Shown here piece after piece: positions 29,623-38,515 of a DNA stretch of 64,000 bases (position 1 is the stretch's first letter; each line of letters opens with the position of its first letter). The notes beneath the pieces are model-generated. The model was not told the origin of the DNA. It did not search any database and saw nothing but the letters and a program-made list of their open reading frames with translations. The stretch comes from Spirochaetia bacterium (GTDB taxonomy: Bacteria; Spirochaetota; Spirochaetia; UBA9216), in NCBI GenBank assembly GCA_963675665.1, contig OY776510.1:4832001-4896000 (forward strand), in the 5' to 3' direction. Position numbers and translations under genes: made by a program.

Positions 29623-31116
29623 TTATGCTCCTGCAGCCTTTCTAACAATTTCTTCCTGTGAAGTATTACCGGTTTTAAATTTACCCGTTATGCACCCTTT
29701 TTTCATAACAAGTATGTTATCCGAGATACCCAGCAGTTCCGGCATGTCTGATGAAACCAGTATTACAGAACCGCCGTTTCTGGTTATCTGGTTAATTATT
29801 TTATAAACTTCGACCTTGGCGCCTACATCTACACCACGGGTCGGATCATCCATAAAAAATACCTGTGTTTCATTACACAGCCATTTTGCCAGTGCAATTT
29901 TCTGCTGATTACCGCCGCTCAATGTGGAAAGGTTATGCTCCAAATCAGCCGTTTTATCCAGTCTCAGTTCTGCGGCAAGTTCTCCGGCAATCGACAGTTC
30001 CTTTTTCCGGTTTCTGATCCCACCTCTGCTGAAGGTTGCAGGTGATGAAATAATTATATTTTTTAAAATTGTCATGTTTGCAAAAAGACCTTCGCGCCTG
30101 TCTTTTGTTACAAGCCCGAATTTCTTATTAATCATATAAGTCGGAGATTTGCATTCCAGTACGGTATTTCCGAAATTAACGCTCCCTTTTTTAATTTTTT
30201 CAAGTCCGAACATAGCTTTTAAAAGTTCGGTTCGCCCGGAACCCACAAGGCCGGCAATTCCAAGAACTTCACCTTTTCTCAGATCAAAATTTATATCATA
30301 AAAGTGTTTATTATCGGAAAGATCGTTAACACTGAATATAATTTCTTCGGTGACATTATATTCTTTCGGATATTGCTCATCGAGTTTTCGGCCTACCATC
30401 ATTTCAACAAGCTCATCCTCATTTGTTTCTTCAACTGTATTAACCGTCCCGACCGAACTTCCGTCACGTAGCACTGTAACCCTGTCGCCTATATTAAATA
30501 CCTCGGACATTTTATGTGTGATGTATATGAATGATACGCCGTCCGATTTAAGTTTATTAATTACCGAAAACAACTTTTCGGTTTCAGATCCTGTAAGAGC
30601 GGATGTGGGTTCATCAAGAATAACCAGACGCGCATCTCTTGAGGTGGCCCTGATTATTTCAACAAGCTGCTGGATACCGAGATCATACTCTGAAACCCTT
30701 TTTGAAACATCTATCTCAATTTCAAGTTCCATGAAAACACGTTTTACATAATTCTCGGCCCTTTTCCAGTCTATAAACGGTGAAGCGCCGATCCTGGGCA
30801 TCCTGCCAATCCATATATTTTCAAAAACGCTTCTTTCTTTAAGTAAAGTCAATTCCTGATATACCATACCTATTCCCAAATCCAGGGAATCTGAAGGTCT
30901 TTTTATATTAACTTCCTGATCATGCCAGAATATACTGCCGCAGTCCGGTTGATGCACTCCTGAAAGAATTTTCATCAGTGTAGATTTACCTGCTCCATTC
31001 TCCCCAAGAAGTACATGGACTTCACCTTTCATTACTGAAAAATCAACACCGTTAAGCGCATGTACTCCCTGAAACTGTTTTCTTATATCGTGCATTCGAA
31101 GAATTTCACTACCCAT
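29623..31116 (-). CDS. Sugar ABC transporter ATP-binding protein
   Basis: GENGAGKS, ILDEPT, LSGGNQQK. Confidence 0.93.
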   Translation of the reverse strand: MGSEILRMHDIRKQFQGVHALNGVDFSVMKGEVHVLLGENGAGKSTLMKILSGVHQPDCGSIFWHDQEVNIKRPSDSLDLGIGMVYQELTLLKERSVFENIWIGRMPRIGASPFIDWKRAENYVKRVFMELEIEIDVSKRVSEYDLGIQQLVEIIRATSRDARLVILDEPTSALTGSETEKLFSVINKLKSDGVSFIYITHKMSEVFNIGDRVTVLRDGSSVGTVNTVEETNEDELVEMMVGRKLDEQYPKEYNVTEEIIFSVNDLSDNKHFYDINFDLRKGEVLGIAGLVGSGRTELLKAMFGLEKIKKGSVNFGNTVLECKSPTYMINKKFGLVTKDRREGLFANMTILKNIIISSPATFSRGGIRNRKKELSIAGELAAELRLDKTADLEHNLSTLSGGNQQKIALAKWLCNETQVFFMDDPTRGVDVGAKVEVYKIINQITRNGGSVILVSSDMPELLGISDNILVMKKGCITGKFKTGNTSQEEIVRKAAGA

Positions 31117-31136
31117 TATAATACCCCATATTAATT

Positions 31137-31165
31137 TGCGGGCCTGCCTGACAGGCAGGCCCGCA
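31137..31165 (-). other. Intercistronic stem-loop after SBP gene
   Basis: TGCGGGCCTGCCTG-a-CAGGCAGGCCCGCA. Confidence 0.75.
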
Positions 31166-31172
31166 GAAATAA

Positions 31173-32306
31173 CTATCTTCCTGCCTTGTACTCGTCTATA
31201 ATGCTCTTCCAGTCAATATCTGAAAGATAAGGCTCCGGATAGAACATATCGGCATTTACCTTGTATTCCGTCCTCGGGCGGATATCAAATACAGCAGGCG
31301 CCTCAAGGTTAAGGGCAAGCCTTGTTCCGAATTCAACTCCGTACCATCCCCATTCCGGGAATCCGTGCCATGTTTCTGCAAGAATATTGCCTTTCCTTAT
31401 AAGATCAACACTTTCCGGAGTTCCGTCATTAGTAAGAACAAGAACGTCGTCCCTGCCCATGTTCTTAACAGCTATTGAAACACCAATTCCCATCTCGGCA
31501 CAGGATGCCCATATGGCATCAAGCTCCTGGTTTGCCTGAAGAATATTTTCTCCGGCCGCAACTGCCGGTTGTCTTTGCCAGTCAGCATTAAGAGAAGACT
31601 TGATATCTATGTTCGGATAATTATCAACTACAGAATGGAAACCGTTCATCCTTTCAATATCATAAAAACTGCCGGGAACGCCGCCCACCAGGGCGATCTT
31701 TCCCGAGATGGAATTCTTATCAACATCTTTATAAATGTCTTCCCACCATGCAAGGTCAAGATAATCTTTATCGGAAATATTTACTTTTTCGCCGGCACCA
31801 AGCACACCGGGACCGCCCAAAGCATCCAGCATTGCGTAACCGGAAACAGCTGCACAAACCTGGTTATCAAAACCGATAAATGTATCAACCTCAACACCTT
31901 CAATCGGTTTAAGAAGATTTACTACAATCAATGGTATACCGGCTTTGTTTACCTGCTTCAGGGCGGGAATTATTGCCGCGACATCAGAAGGTGAAAGAAT
32001 AATTACATCTACTTCACTCTGAATCAGGTTCTCAATTACCGATACCTGATCTGTAACATTTTTATGTGCGGAACCGACCCTGGTTATCAATTCAATATCT
32101 ATTCCATGTGCCTTTGCATCTTCAACTGCCATTTCCATGAAATTTGTAGCTGTCTGATAAACACCTGTTATTGTAGGAGGAGCCCAGCCAATCTTGACAA
32201 CCGGCAAACCGGACTCACTCAGCCTGGCCTCCTGCTGGCCGTTTGCGAAAGTTGCTGAAACCAGAATCAGTCCCAGAACCAACATCAGAAAAACCTTTTT
32301 TCTCAC
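31173..32306 (-). CDS. Sugar ABC substrate-binding protein
   Basis: GTG start at 32306 after AAGGAG gives a signal peptide plus ANGQQE; type 1 PBP. Confidence 0.88.
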   Translation of the reverse strand: MRKKVFLMLVLGLILVSATFANGQQEARLSESGLPVVKIGWAPPTITGVYQTATNFMEMAVEDAKAHGIDIELITRVGSAHKNVTDQVSVIENLIQSEVDVIILSPSDVAAIIPALKQVNKAGIPLIVVNLLKPIEGVEVDTFIGFDNQVCAAVSGYAMLDALGGPGVLGAGEKVNISDKDYLDLAWWEDIYKDVDKNSISGKIALVGGVPGSFYDIERMNGFHSVVDNYPNIDIKSSLNADWQRQPAVAAGENILQANQELDAIWASCAEMGIGVSIAVKNMGRDDVLVLTNDGTPESVDLIRKGNILAETWHGFPEWGWYGVEFGTRLALNLEAPAVFDIRPRTEYKVNADMFYPEPYLSDIDWKSIIDEYKAGR

Positions 32307-32340
32307 TTTTGTCTCCTTAAAAATTAGTTGATAGACTAAA

Positions 32341-32357
32341 AGCAGTAACCATGCCAA
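32341..32357 (-). promoter_or_regulatory. sigma54 -24/-12 promoter
   Basis: TTGGCATGGTTACTGCT (GG-N10-GC), 35 bp upstream of the GTG start. Confidence 0.8.
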
Positions 32358-32516
32358 AATTGCAGTAACAATTAAATTATTAAAGATCCGCCGAAAATTT
32401 ACCGCTGGATCATATTTAAACAGTAAATCATTATGAAAATACCTAATTTCTATTTGACAATCTTTAAAAAGTAAAACAATAATCATAAATAACGCGATAT
32501 ACATCAGCATAAACAC

Positions 32517-32554
32517 ATTACAGTTATGTAAACAGATTGTAACAGTTCTGTAAA
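32517..32554. promoter_or_regulatory. Tandem putative enhancer boxes
   Basis: ATTACAGTTATGTAAA and GTAACAGTTCTGTAAA, 22 bp apart. Confidence 0.68.
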
Positions 32555-32583
32555 ACTGAATCAAATAAATTTGGAGAATCGTT

Positions 32584-33942
32584 TTGGGCCTAAATATTCT
32601 AATAGTTGATGATCAAAAAAAGCATAATCAGACTCTTGCCCGCAGTCTTAAACTGAGAGGTAATGAAACATACAGCTGTGCCAACAGCGAACAGGCTTAT
32701 AACGTACTTAAGAAAAACAAAATTGACTATATTCTCCTTGATATAATGCTTGATAATGAAGACGGTATTTCATTGATACCGAATTTCATAAATACGGCCC
32801 CGGAATCAAAAATAATCATGATTACAGCATACGGAACAATATCATCAGCAGTTAAAGCCCTGAAACTCGGAGCTGAAGACTATATTCAAAAGCCGATTGA
32901 TATCGAACATCTGGTTTGCATGCTGCAGTCAAACACTATCAGGAAATCAGGTAAAAAAAATAATTCCGGCACTATGGAAAACTGCGGCATCATAACCAAG
33001 AACAGGCAGATGCTTTCGGTCATTGAAAAAGCCAAACTATATGCATCATCAGATTTACCGGCCTTGATTATAGGAGAAAGCGGCACGGGAAAAGAACTGC
33101 TTGCGGACCTCATCCATGCCAATTCTTCATACTCCGAAAAAGCAATGCATAAAATAAATTCATCTGCATTCTCCGAATCACTTCTTGAAAGTGAACTGTT
33201 CGGACACGAGGAGGGGTCTTTTACCGGAGCGAAATCAACTCACAAGGGTATTTTTGAACGGGCAAACCACAGCAGCCTCTTTATGGACGAGATAGGAGAT
33301 ATGCCCCTTTCTCTGCAGGCAAAAATTCTCAGAACAATACAGAATCATGAAATTCTCAGACTTGGCGGGAAAGACACCATAAAAATTAATGTAAGATTTA
33401 TCGCCGCTACAAACAAGGATCTGTATACACTGGTCCATCAGAACCTGTTCAGACAGGATCTATACTACCGGCTTAACACAGGCATATTCAGACTGCCGCC
33501 CTTAAGAGAGAGAAAGGAAGATATCCCCGACCTGGTTAAATTCTTTATCGCTTCAAAGAAACAGAAATTTCATGATGCTGTCGAATTGGACGACAGTGTT
33601 ATCAACTTTTTTCTGGATTACGACTGGCCCGGAAATGTCCGGGAACTCCAGAGCGTAATATTCTATGCAGATGCAATCTGCCGTGACGGGAAAATCAGAA
33701 AAGAACACCTTCCTGAATATATCCTGTCGGAACTGAGCCCGTCAGTCTGTAACGGGTTGAGCTTTCAGGCGGAATATGATGACAGGGATGAAAAGACAGT
33801 AATCGAAAAAACACTTAAGGAAATGAACTACATCAAAAAAGATGTGGCTTTTAAACTCGGGATAAGCCGTCCGACACTTTACAGAAAGATGGAGAAATAC
33901 AATATCAACGGGCAAAAGCAAGATGAAACTTCTGTCATTTGA
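32584..33942 (+). CDS. sigma54-dependent response regulator (NtrC family: REC-AAA+-Fis HTH)
   Basis: VDD/LLD/KP receiver residues, GESGTGKE, ESELFGH..GSFTGA, WPGNVREL, LGISRPTLYRK. Confidence 0.95.
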   Translation: MGLNILIVDDQKKHNQTLARSLKLRGNETYSCANSEQAYNVLKKNKIDYILLDIMLDNEDGISLIPNFINTAPESKIIMITAYGTISSAVKALKLGAEDYIQKPIDIEHLVCMLQSNTIRKSGKKNNSGTMENCGIITKNRQMLSVIEKAKLYASSDLPALIIGESGTGKELLADLIHANSSYSEKAMHKINSSAFSESLLESELFGHEEGSFTGAKSTHKGIFERANHSSLFMDEIGDMPLSLQAKILRTIQNHEILRLGGKDTIKINVRFIAATNKDLYTLVHQNLFRQDLYYRLNTGIFRLPPLRERKEDIPDLVKFFIASKKQKFHDAVELDDSVINFFLDYDWPGNVRELQSVIFYADAICRDGKIRKEHLPEYILSELSPSVCNGLSFQAEYDDRDEKTVIEKTLKEMNYIKKDVAFKLGISRPTLYRKMEKYNINGQKQDETSVI

Positions 33943-35740
33943 GAATATCAGCTATTATCAGAACCATAAAGAAATATTAAATAATATATCCTTCTCTATC
34001 GGACCCGGAGATATTCAGGTTATACTTGGCGATAATAACTCAGGCCGTTCAATTCTGGCCCTGCTGTTATCAGGAAGAGCAAAACCGACATCCGGAGTAA
34101 TCAGATATAAAGGAAAACCTTATAAATCTTTTTCCATAACCGAAGCCAAGAAAAATGCAATAGAAATATGTACTACCGAGCTGAATCTTGTAGAATCCAT
34201 GAGCGTAGAAAAGAATCTGTTTATCGGAATTCAAAACCGGAAACTGCTTCAATTTTACAGCAACGCCTCATTCCATAAAAAAATAAACTCCTTTCTTGCT
34301 CATTATGATTTCAAAATCAATTCAAATCAGAAAGTAGCGGAGCTTGACATCTCGCAAAAGGCTGTAGTCAAGCTGCTGCAATGTATTTATTACAAACCCG
34401 AATTGCTTGTAATTGACGAACTGTTTTCGCTGATGTCTCACGACGACAGAAAAAAAGCGCTTCCAATCCTGAAAGAACTGAGAGAAAGCGGATGCTCCAT
34501 TTTGTATCTCACCCAGAGTATCGAAGGCATACTGGGAATTGCCGGGAAAGTGCGGATAATAAGAAAAGGTGAAATTGTATTCACTGAAGACTCCGAAAAC
34601 CTTGATGAAATTAATCTTGCTTCAATACTCTATTCCCAGGAAAGCGAAGACCAGGAGAATTCGCTATCCAACAGCGATTTTATGCAATACCTGAAATACA
34701 ACCAGGCGATATTAAGGGATTTACCGGTTAACCTCCTGGTGTTTGATCAGGATCATAAACTGAGGTTGTGCAACAAGGCGGCATCTGACTTCCTTGCAAA
34801 CGAAGAACTGAAAACAGATGTTTTCAAAATAATCAAGAACAGGGGAAACGATATCCCGATTGTGTTAACCGCGCTGGCTTCCAGAAAAGATGAAATCTTA
34901 TACAACATACCGGTCGAAGTAAATAATAAATCTTTTGTTACAAACCTTATCTTTTCGCCGGTTTTTAATAATAATATCTATATCGGCAAGATCATGATAA
35001 TTGACGACATAACACAGCAGCACAAACTGCGTGAATCTATAACACAAACCGAGAAATTTTCGTCAATCGGGCTTTTAACTTCGGGCGTTGCACATGAAAT
35101 CAACCATCCGCTGGGAATAATAGCGAATACTGTTGATTATCTCAAATCACTTAAAACAACGGATAAAATCAAATTTGAGATTGAAAGCATTGAAGATGAA
35201 GTAAAATCAATCAGTTATATCATCGGAAATCTGAAAGAATTTGCCAGTGATAATATTACCAAAACAGATTATTTTGATATTAATGATTTAATCAGAAAAG
35301 TATTACAGATAATGAGATTTTACTGCAGAGAAAACAATGCTGAAATAATTCTGGACGCTTTTCCCAGCAGCATCTTCGTAAAACTTAACCCAACCGATTT
35401 CAAGCATGTTCTGATTAATATAATAAAGAACAGTATTCAGGCCATGTCCGCATCCAAAAAAATCATTATCAAAACCGATCTGCTCTTATCCAGTACTGAA
35501 GCAAAAACAATTGTAACAATTACGGATAACGGTCCGGGAATAAGCGCCGAAGATCCTAACGATGTATTTTTACCGTTTTACTCTACAAAAAGGGAAATCG
35601 GCGAAGGTATGGGGCTGGGACTGTATCTTACATATAAAATGGTACTATCAATGAACGGCAATATAAATGTTAAGAATTTGCCGGGAGAAGGCTGCAGATT
35701 CTCAATCGAATTGCCTGTCAGCCATCCGCCCGGATATTAG
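33923..35740 (+). CDS. Soluble histidine kinase with N-terminal degenerate ABC-ATPase domain, PAS-like domain, HisKA and HATPase
   Basis: ILNNISFSI..G....ILGDNNSGRS, PELLVIDE; DDIT; AHEINHPL, NIIKNS, DNGPGI, PFYSTK, GMGLGL; no TM segment seen. Confidence 0.88.
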   Translation: MKLLSFENISYYQNHKEILNNISFSIGPGDIQVILGDNNSGRSILALLLSGRAKPTSGVIRYKGKPYKSFSITEAKKNAIEICTTELNLVESMSVEKNLFIGIQNRKLLQFYSNASFHKKINSFLAHYDFKINSNQKVAELDISQKAVVKLLQCIYYKPELLVIDELFSLMSHDDRKKALPILKELRESGCSILYLTQSIEGILGIAGKVRIIRKGEIVFTEDSENLDEINLASILYSQESEDQENSLSNSDFMQYLKYNQAILRDLPVNLLVFDQDHKLRLCNKAASDFLANEELKTDVFKIIKNRGNDIPIVLTALASRKDEILYNIPVEVNNKSFVTNLIFSPVFNNNIYIGKIMIIDDITQQHKLRESITQTEKFSSIGLLTSGVAHEINHPLGIIANTVDYLKSLKTTDKIKFEIESIEDEVKSISYIIGNLKEFASDNITKTDYFDINDLIRKVLQIMRFYCRENNAEIILDAFPSSIFVKLNPTDFKHVLINIIKNSIQAMSASKKIIIKTDLLLSSTEAKTIVTITDNGPGISAEDPNDVFLPFYSTKREIGEGMGLGLYLTYKMVLSMNGNINVKNLPGEGCRFSIELPVSHPPGY

Positions 35741-35742
35741 AA

Positions 35743-36603
35743 TCAAAATAGACTTTTTATAAAACTGCAGGCTTTTTCTGCATCCTCATCAAGATTATGC
35801 CCCGGGACCAGCTCACGGTGAAGACTTACCGATTCAGCTACCCCGCCGCCGGGGATTACAAAGGGCTCGAACACAATATAACCCTTGTATTGTATCTCTT
35901 TTATTGCTTTTATTATCTCCTCCCACGGAACATGGCCGGAGCCGGGGACTTTACGATTACTTTCTCCGAAATGGATATGACCAACCCAGTTTCCTGATGT
36001 TCTGATAGCTTCGGCAATACTGTCTTCTTCTATGTTCATATGAAAAGTGTCAAGCAGGAGTTTACAATTACTGCTTCCGACCCTTTCGCAGAATTCAACG
36101 CCCTCTTCAGCTGTGTTAATTAAAAAATGTTCAAAACGGTTGAGAACTTCCAGATTTACAGTAATATTTAAATCTTCCGCATAATTCATCAACTCTTTGA
36201 CGCTTTTAACAGATATATCAAGTATCTCCTCTTTACCTGCGCCCCTGCCTGATAAAAATCCGGGCCAGCATGAATATGTGATGCCGCCTAATCTGTCAAT
36301 ACCGCAGGCATTTAAAGCCATGTAAACTTTCCTGAAATAATCCATTCCTGCTTTTCTGATATTTTGATCAGTTGATGCAATATCATATTCCGGAGCTGTT
36401 CCGATACATGCCGACAAAGCAACGCCTGTTCTCTCTGCTTCTTCTTTCAAAAAGGCCTTTTCCTTATCAGTAAATGAGATTAAACAATCTGCATTCACTT
36501 CCAGGACATCAAATCCAAGAGTTTTAACTTTTTCCAGATATGAGAAGAAATCACATGTCCAGTCTTTTTCCCAATATGCATAATAAATACCTATTTTGTT
36601 CAT
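35743..36603 (-). CDS. D-psicose/D-tagatose 3-epimerase family
   Basis: IGIYYAYW, EVLNRFE, DTFHMNIEE, GHIH.GE.NR..PG, EPF. Confidence 0.9.
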   Translation of the reverse strand: MNKIGIYYAYWEKDWTCDFFSYLEKVKTLGFDVLEVNADCLISFTDKEKAFLKEEAERTGVALSACIGTAPEYDIASTDQNIRKAGMDYFRKVYMALNACGIDRLGGITYSCWPGFLSGRGAGKEEILDISVKSVKELMNYAEDLNITVNLEVLNRFEHFLINTAEEGVEFCERVGSSNCKLLLDTFHMNIEEDSIAEAIRTSGNWVGHIHFGESNRKVPGSGHVPWEEIIKAIKEIQYKGYIVFEPFVIPGGGVAESVSLHRELVPGHNLDEDAEKACSFIKSLF

Positions 36604-36615
36604 TTTGCTCTCCTG

Positions 36616-37065
36616 TTAAAAATAAATAATTTTCTCCAAACTCATAATCTTTCGATCTGCAGTTTCCGTACCCTCATTAAATACAATCTGAAGTGATGCC
36701 GATTCTCCGTTCGTTGCAGCCGGATGATAATGCCAGATTCCCGGCCTGATTATGACGGAATCACCGCAAACCAGATGGAAAACCGCAATTTCCTTCAGAT
36801 CAGCTGATACCGGAAGCAATACCTCTCCGTCAAGAACCGTCATCAACTCAAAACTATCGCTGTGCTGCTCCAGTTCAGTCAACTCTCTGTTCCGCTGAAA
36901 AACCCTGAGAAACCCAACGCTTATTATCTTTTCGGAAAGGGCAATATTACCCCAGTAAACCATTTCATCCGATTCAAAAACAGGACAACTTTGTTGTGCC
37001 TGAATTATTTTTCCGAACGGACTAAAATCTCCGGCAGAGAGGTTCCTGATAATTACATCACCCAT
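36616..37065 (-). CDS. Ureidoglycolate lyase-like cupin
   Basis: FSPFG, LEQH..S.E, PGIWH. Confidence 0.7.
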   Translation of the reverse strand: MGDVIIRNLSAGDFSPFGKIIQAQQSCPVFESDEMVYWGNIALSEKIISVGFLRVFQRNRELTELEQHSDSFELMTVLDGEVLLPVSADLKEIAVFHLVCGDSVIIRPGIWHYHPAATNGESASLQIVFNEGTETADRKIMSLEKIIYF

Positions 37066-37462
37066 TGAGCCGCTCGCAGAATTCCAGTTCAACCCCGCTG
37101 GGATCTTTTATCAGAATTATTTTTACGCCCAAATTTGGAACATCTGTCACTGGAAGCGTGATTTCAAACCCGGCACTTTCTATCTTTCCCGCCAGATCGT
37201 TCAGGTTGTCCGTCCAAAATGCAGCATGACGGAATATTCCGCCGTCGTCAGCCCTGGTAGTAATATTCCTGTTGCTGCCGAAATAATCTATCAACTCCAG
37301 CCTTACGCTGCCGCCGGGAATTTCATAATAGGTAATCTCATGATCGCCCATATTGACGACTTCAATCTTATTAAAGCCCAGGATGCTCTCATAAAAATGA
37401 CAACTCTTTTTTATATCTGTGACATTAATTGTCACATGATTTAAAGTAATATTCATACTCAT
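37058..37462 (-). CDS. VOC/glyoxalase family protein
   Basis: NHV.I.V.D...S..FY...LG, LELI, H.AF, DPSG..LEF. Confidence 0.88.
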   Translation of the reverse strand: MSMNITLNHVTINVTDIKKSCHFYESILGFNKIEVVNMGDHEITYYEIPGGSVRLELIDYFGSNRNITTRADDGGIFRHAAFWTDNLNDLAGKIESAGFEITLPVTDVPNLGVKIILIKDPSGVELEFCERLNG

Positions 37463-37469
37463 TCCAGCC

Positions 37470-38261
37470 TTAGATATGACGGATTACACCGGCATCGATC
37501 AGAACAGTATTACCGTTTATACCCGGATTAGCCGCAGTGTTAACAACAGAACGGGCAACCTCCTCAACATCAAGGAATCGTTGCAGAAGAGAATCCGAAT
37601 CATTTCCGGTTTTAAAGTATTCTTCCTTCTGTTCTTCAACAGAAATATTATTCTGGTTTGCAAGCGATTCCATATAAGCGGCAACGCCGTCAGTCCAGGT
37701 TGTTACCGGACAAACACTGTTCACAGTAACATTTGTGCCTTTTGTAAGTTCGGCCAGGGCCCGGCTCATTCCTATTATTGCAGCTTTTGTGGTTGAGTAA
37801 GGCACCAGATCTCCATTCGGACGCAGCCCCGCTTCGCTCGAGATATTTACAATATCGCCGCTGTTGCGTTTCAACATCTTCGGAAGAACCAGCCTGCACA
37901 ATCTCATTGCAGCCATGACGTTCATTTCCCAATACCTGTACCAGTCCTCGTCCGTACTCTCCTCAAAAGGAACAACAGGATATATTCCGAGGTTATTTAC
38001 CAGAATATCTATTCCTTTTCCGTCGTCGGCTTCATCTACCAGTCTTTTACAGTCATCTATACTGGTCAAATCAGCAACAGAGCCGGTTACACCGGAATAT
38101 TTTAACGAAAGCTCCGATACAGTTTTCTCGACTTCATCCTTAAAGCAGCTATTAATGACAACAGTTGCTTCTTCTTTTAAAAATTCTTCAGCGATCCCCT
38201 TTCCGATACCGGAAGTGGATCCCGTTACAAGAATCTTTTTGCCTTTCAGCCTTAAATCCAT
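37470..38261 (-). CDS. SDR family oxidoreductase
   Basis: TGSTSGIG, NNLG, YSTTK. Confidence 0.9.
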   Translation of the reverse strand: MDLRLKGKKILVTGSTSGIGKGIAEEFLKEEATVVINSCFKDEVEKTVSELSLKYSGVTGSVADLTSIDDCKRLVDEADDGKGIDILVNNLGIYPVVPFEESTDEDWYRYWEMNVMAAMRLCRLVLPKMLKRNSGDIVNISSEAGLRPNGDLVPYSTTKAAIIGMSRALAELTKGTNVTVNSVCPVTTWTDGVAAYMESLANQNNISVEEQKEEYFKTGNDSDSLLQRFLDVEEVARSVVNTAANPGINGNTVLIDAGVIRHI

Positions 38262-38297
38262 CTGAAATCTCCTTATAATTTACAATGCAGAAGATAT

Positions 38298-38314
38298 TGC
38301 AATATATGTGCCAA
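38298..38314 (-). promoter_or_regulatory. sigma54 -24/-12 promoter
   Basis: TTGGCACATATATTGCA, an exact TGGCAC-N5-TTGCA match. Confidence 0.88.
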
Positions 38315-38395
38315 TTGTTTATCCGCCAATTTTCAGCATCAATCAGGTATTTTCTGAACAATTTGATATTGTTGCTGTAAAGAAATCCTGATTTT

Positions 38396-38411
38396 GTTAC
38401 AAATCTGTAAC
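38396..38411. promoter_or_regulatory. Putative enhancer box
   Basis: GTTACAAATCTGTAAC. Confidence 0.68.
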
Positions 38412-38449
38412 TGAAATAATGTAACAGACAGGCAACAAACAGATTTATT

Positions 38450-38478
38450 TTGACATAGCCAAATTCGTATTGTATACT
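38450..38478 (+). promoter_or_regulatory. sigma70 promoter of aor
   Basis: TTGACA-17-TATACT. Confidence 0.72.
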
Positions 38479-38515
38479 TTGTAAAATATATGTTATAAGG
38501 ATTATGGAGACTAAC

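Noticed and set aside
32307-32564. 86-aa N-terminal extension of the SBP ORF
   Set aside because: It spans the sigma54 promoter and enhancer; the GTG at 32306 has an RBS and yields a normal signal peptide
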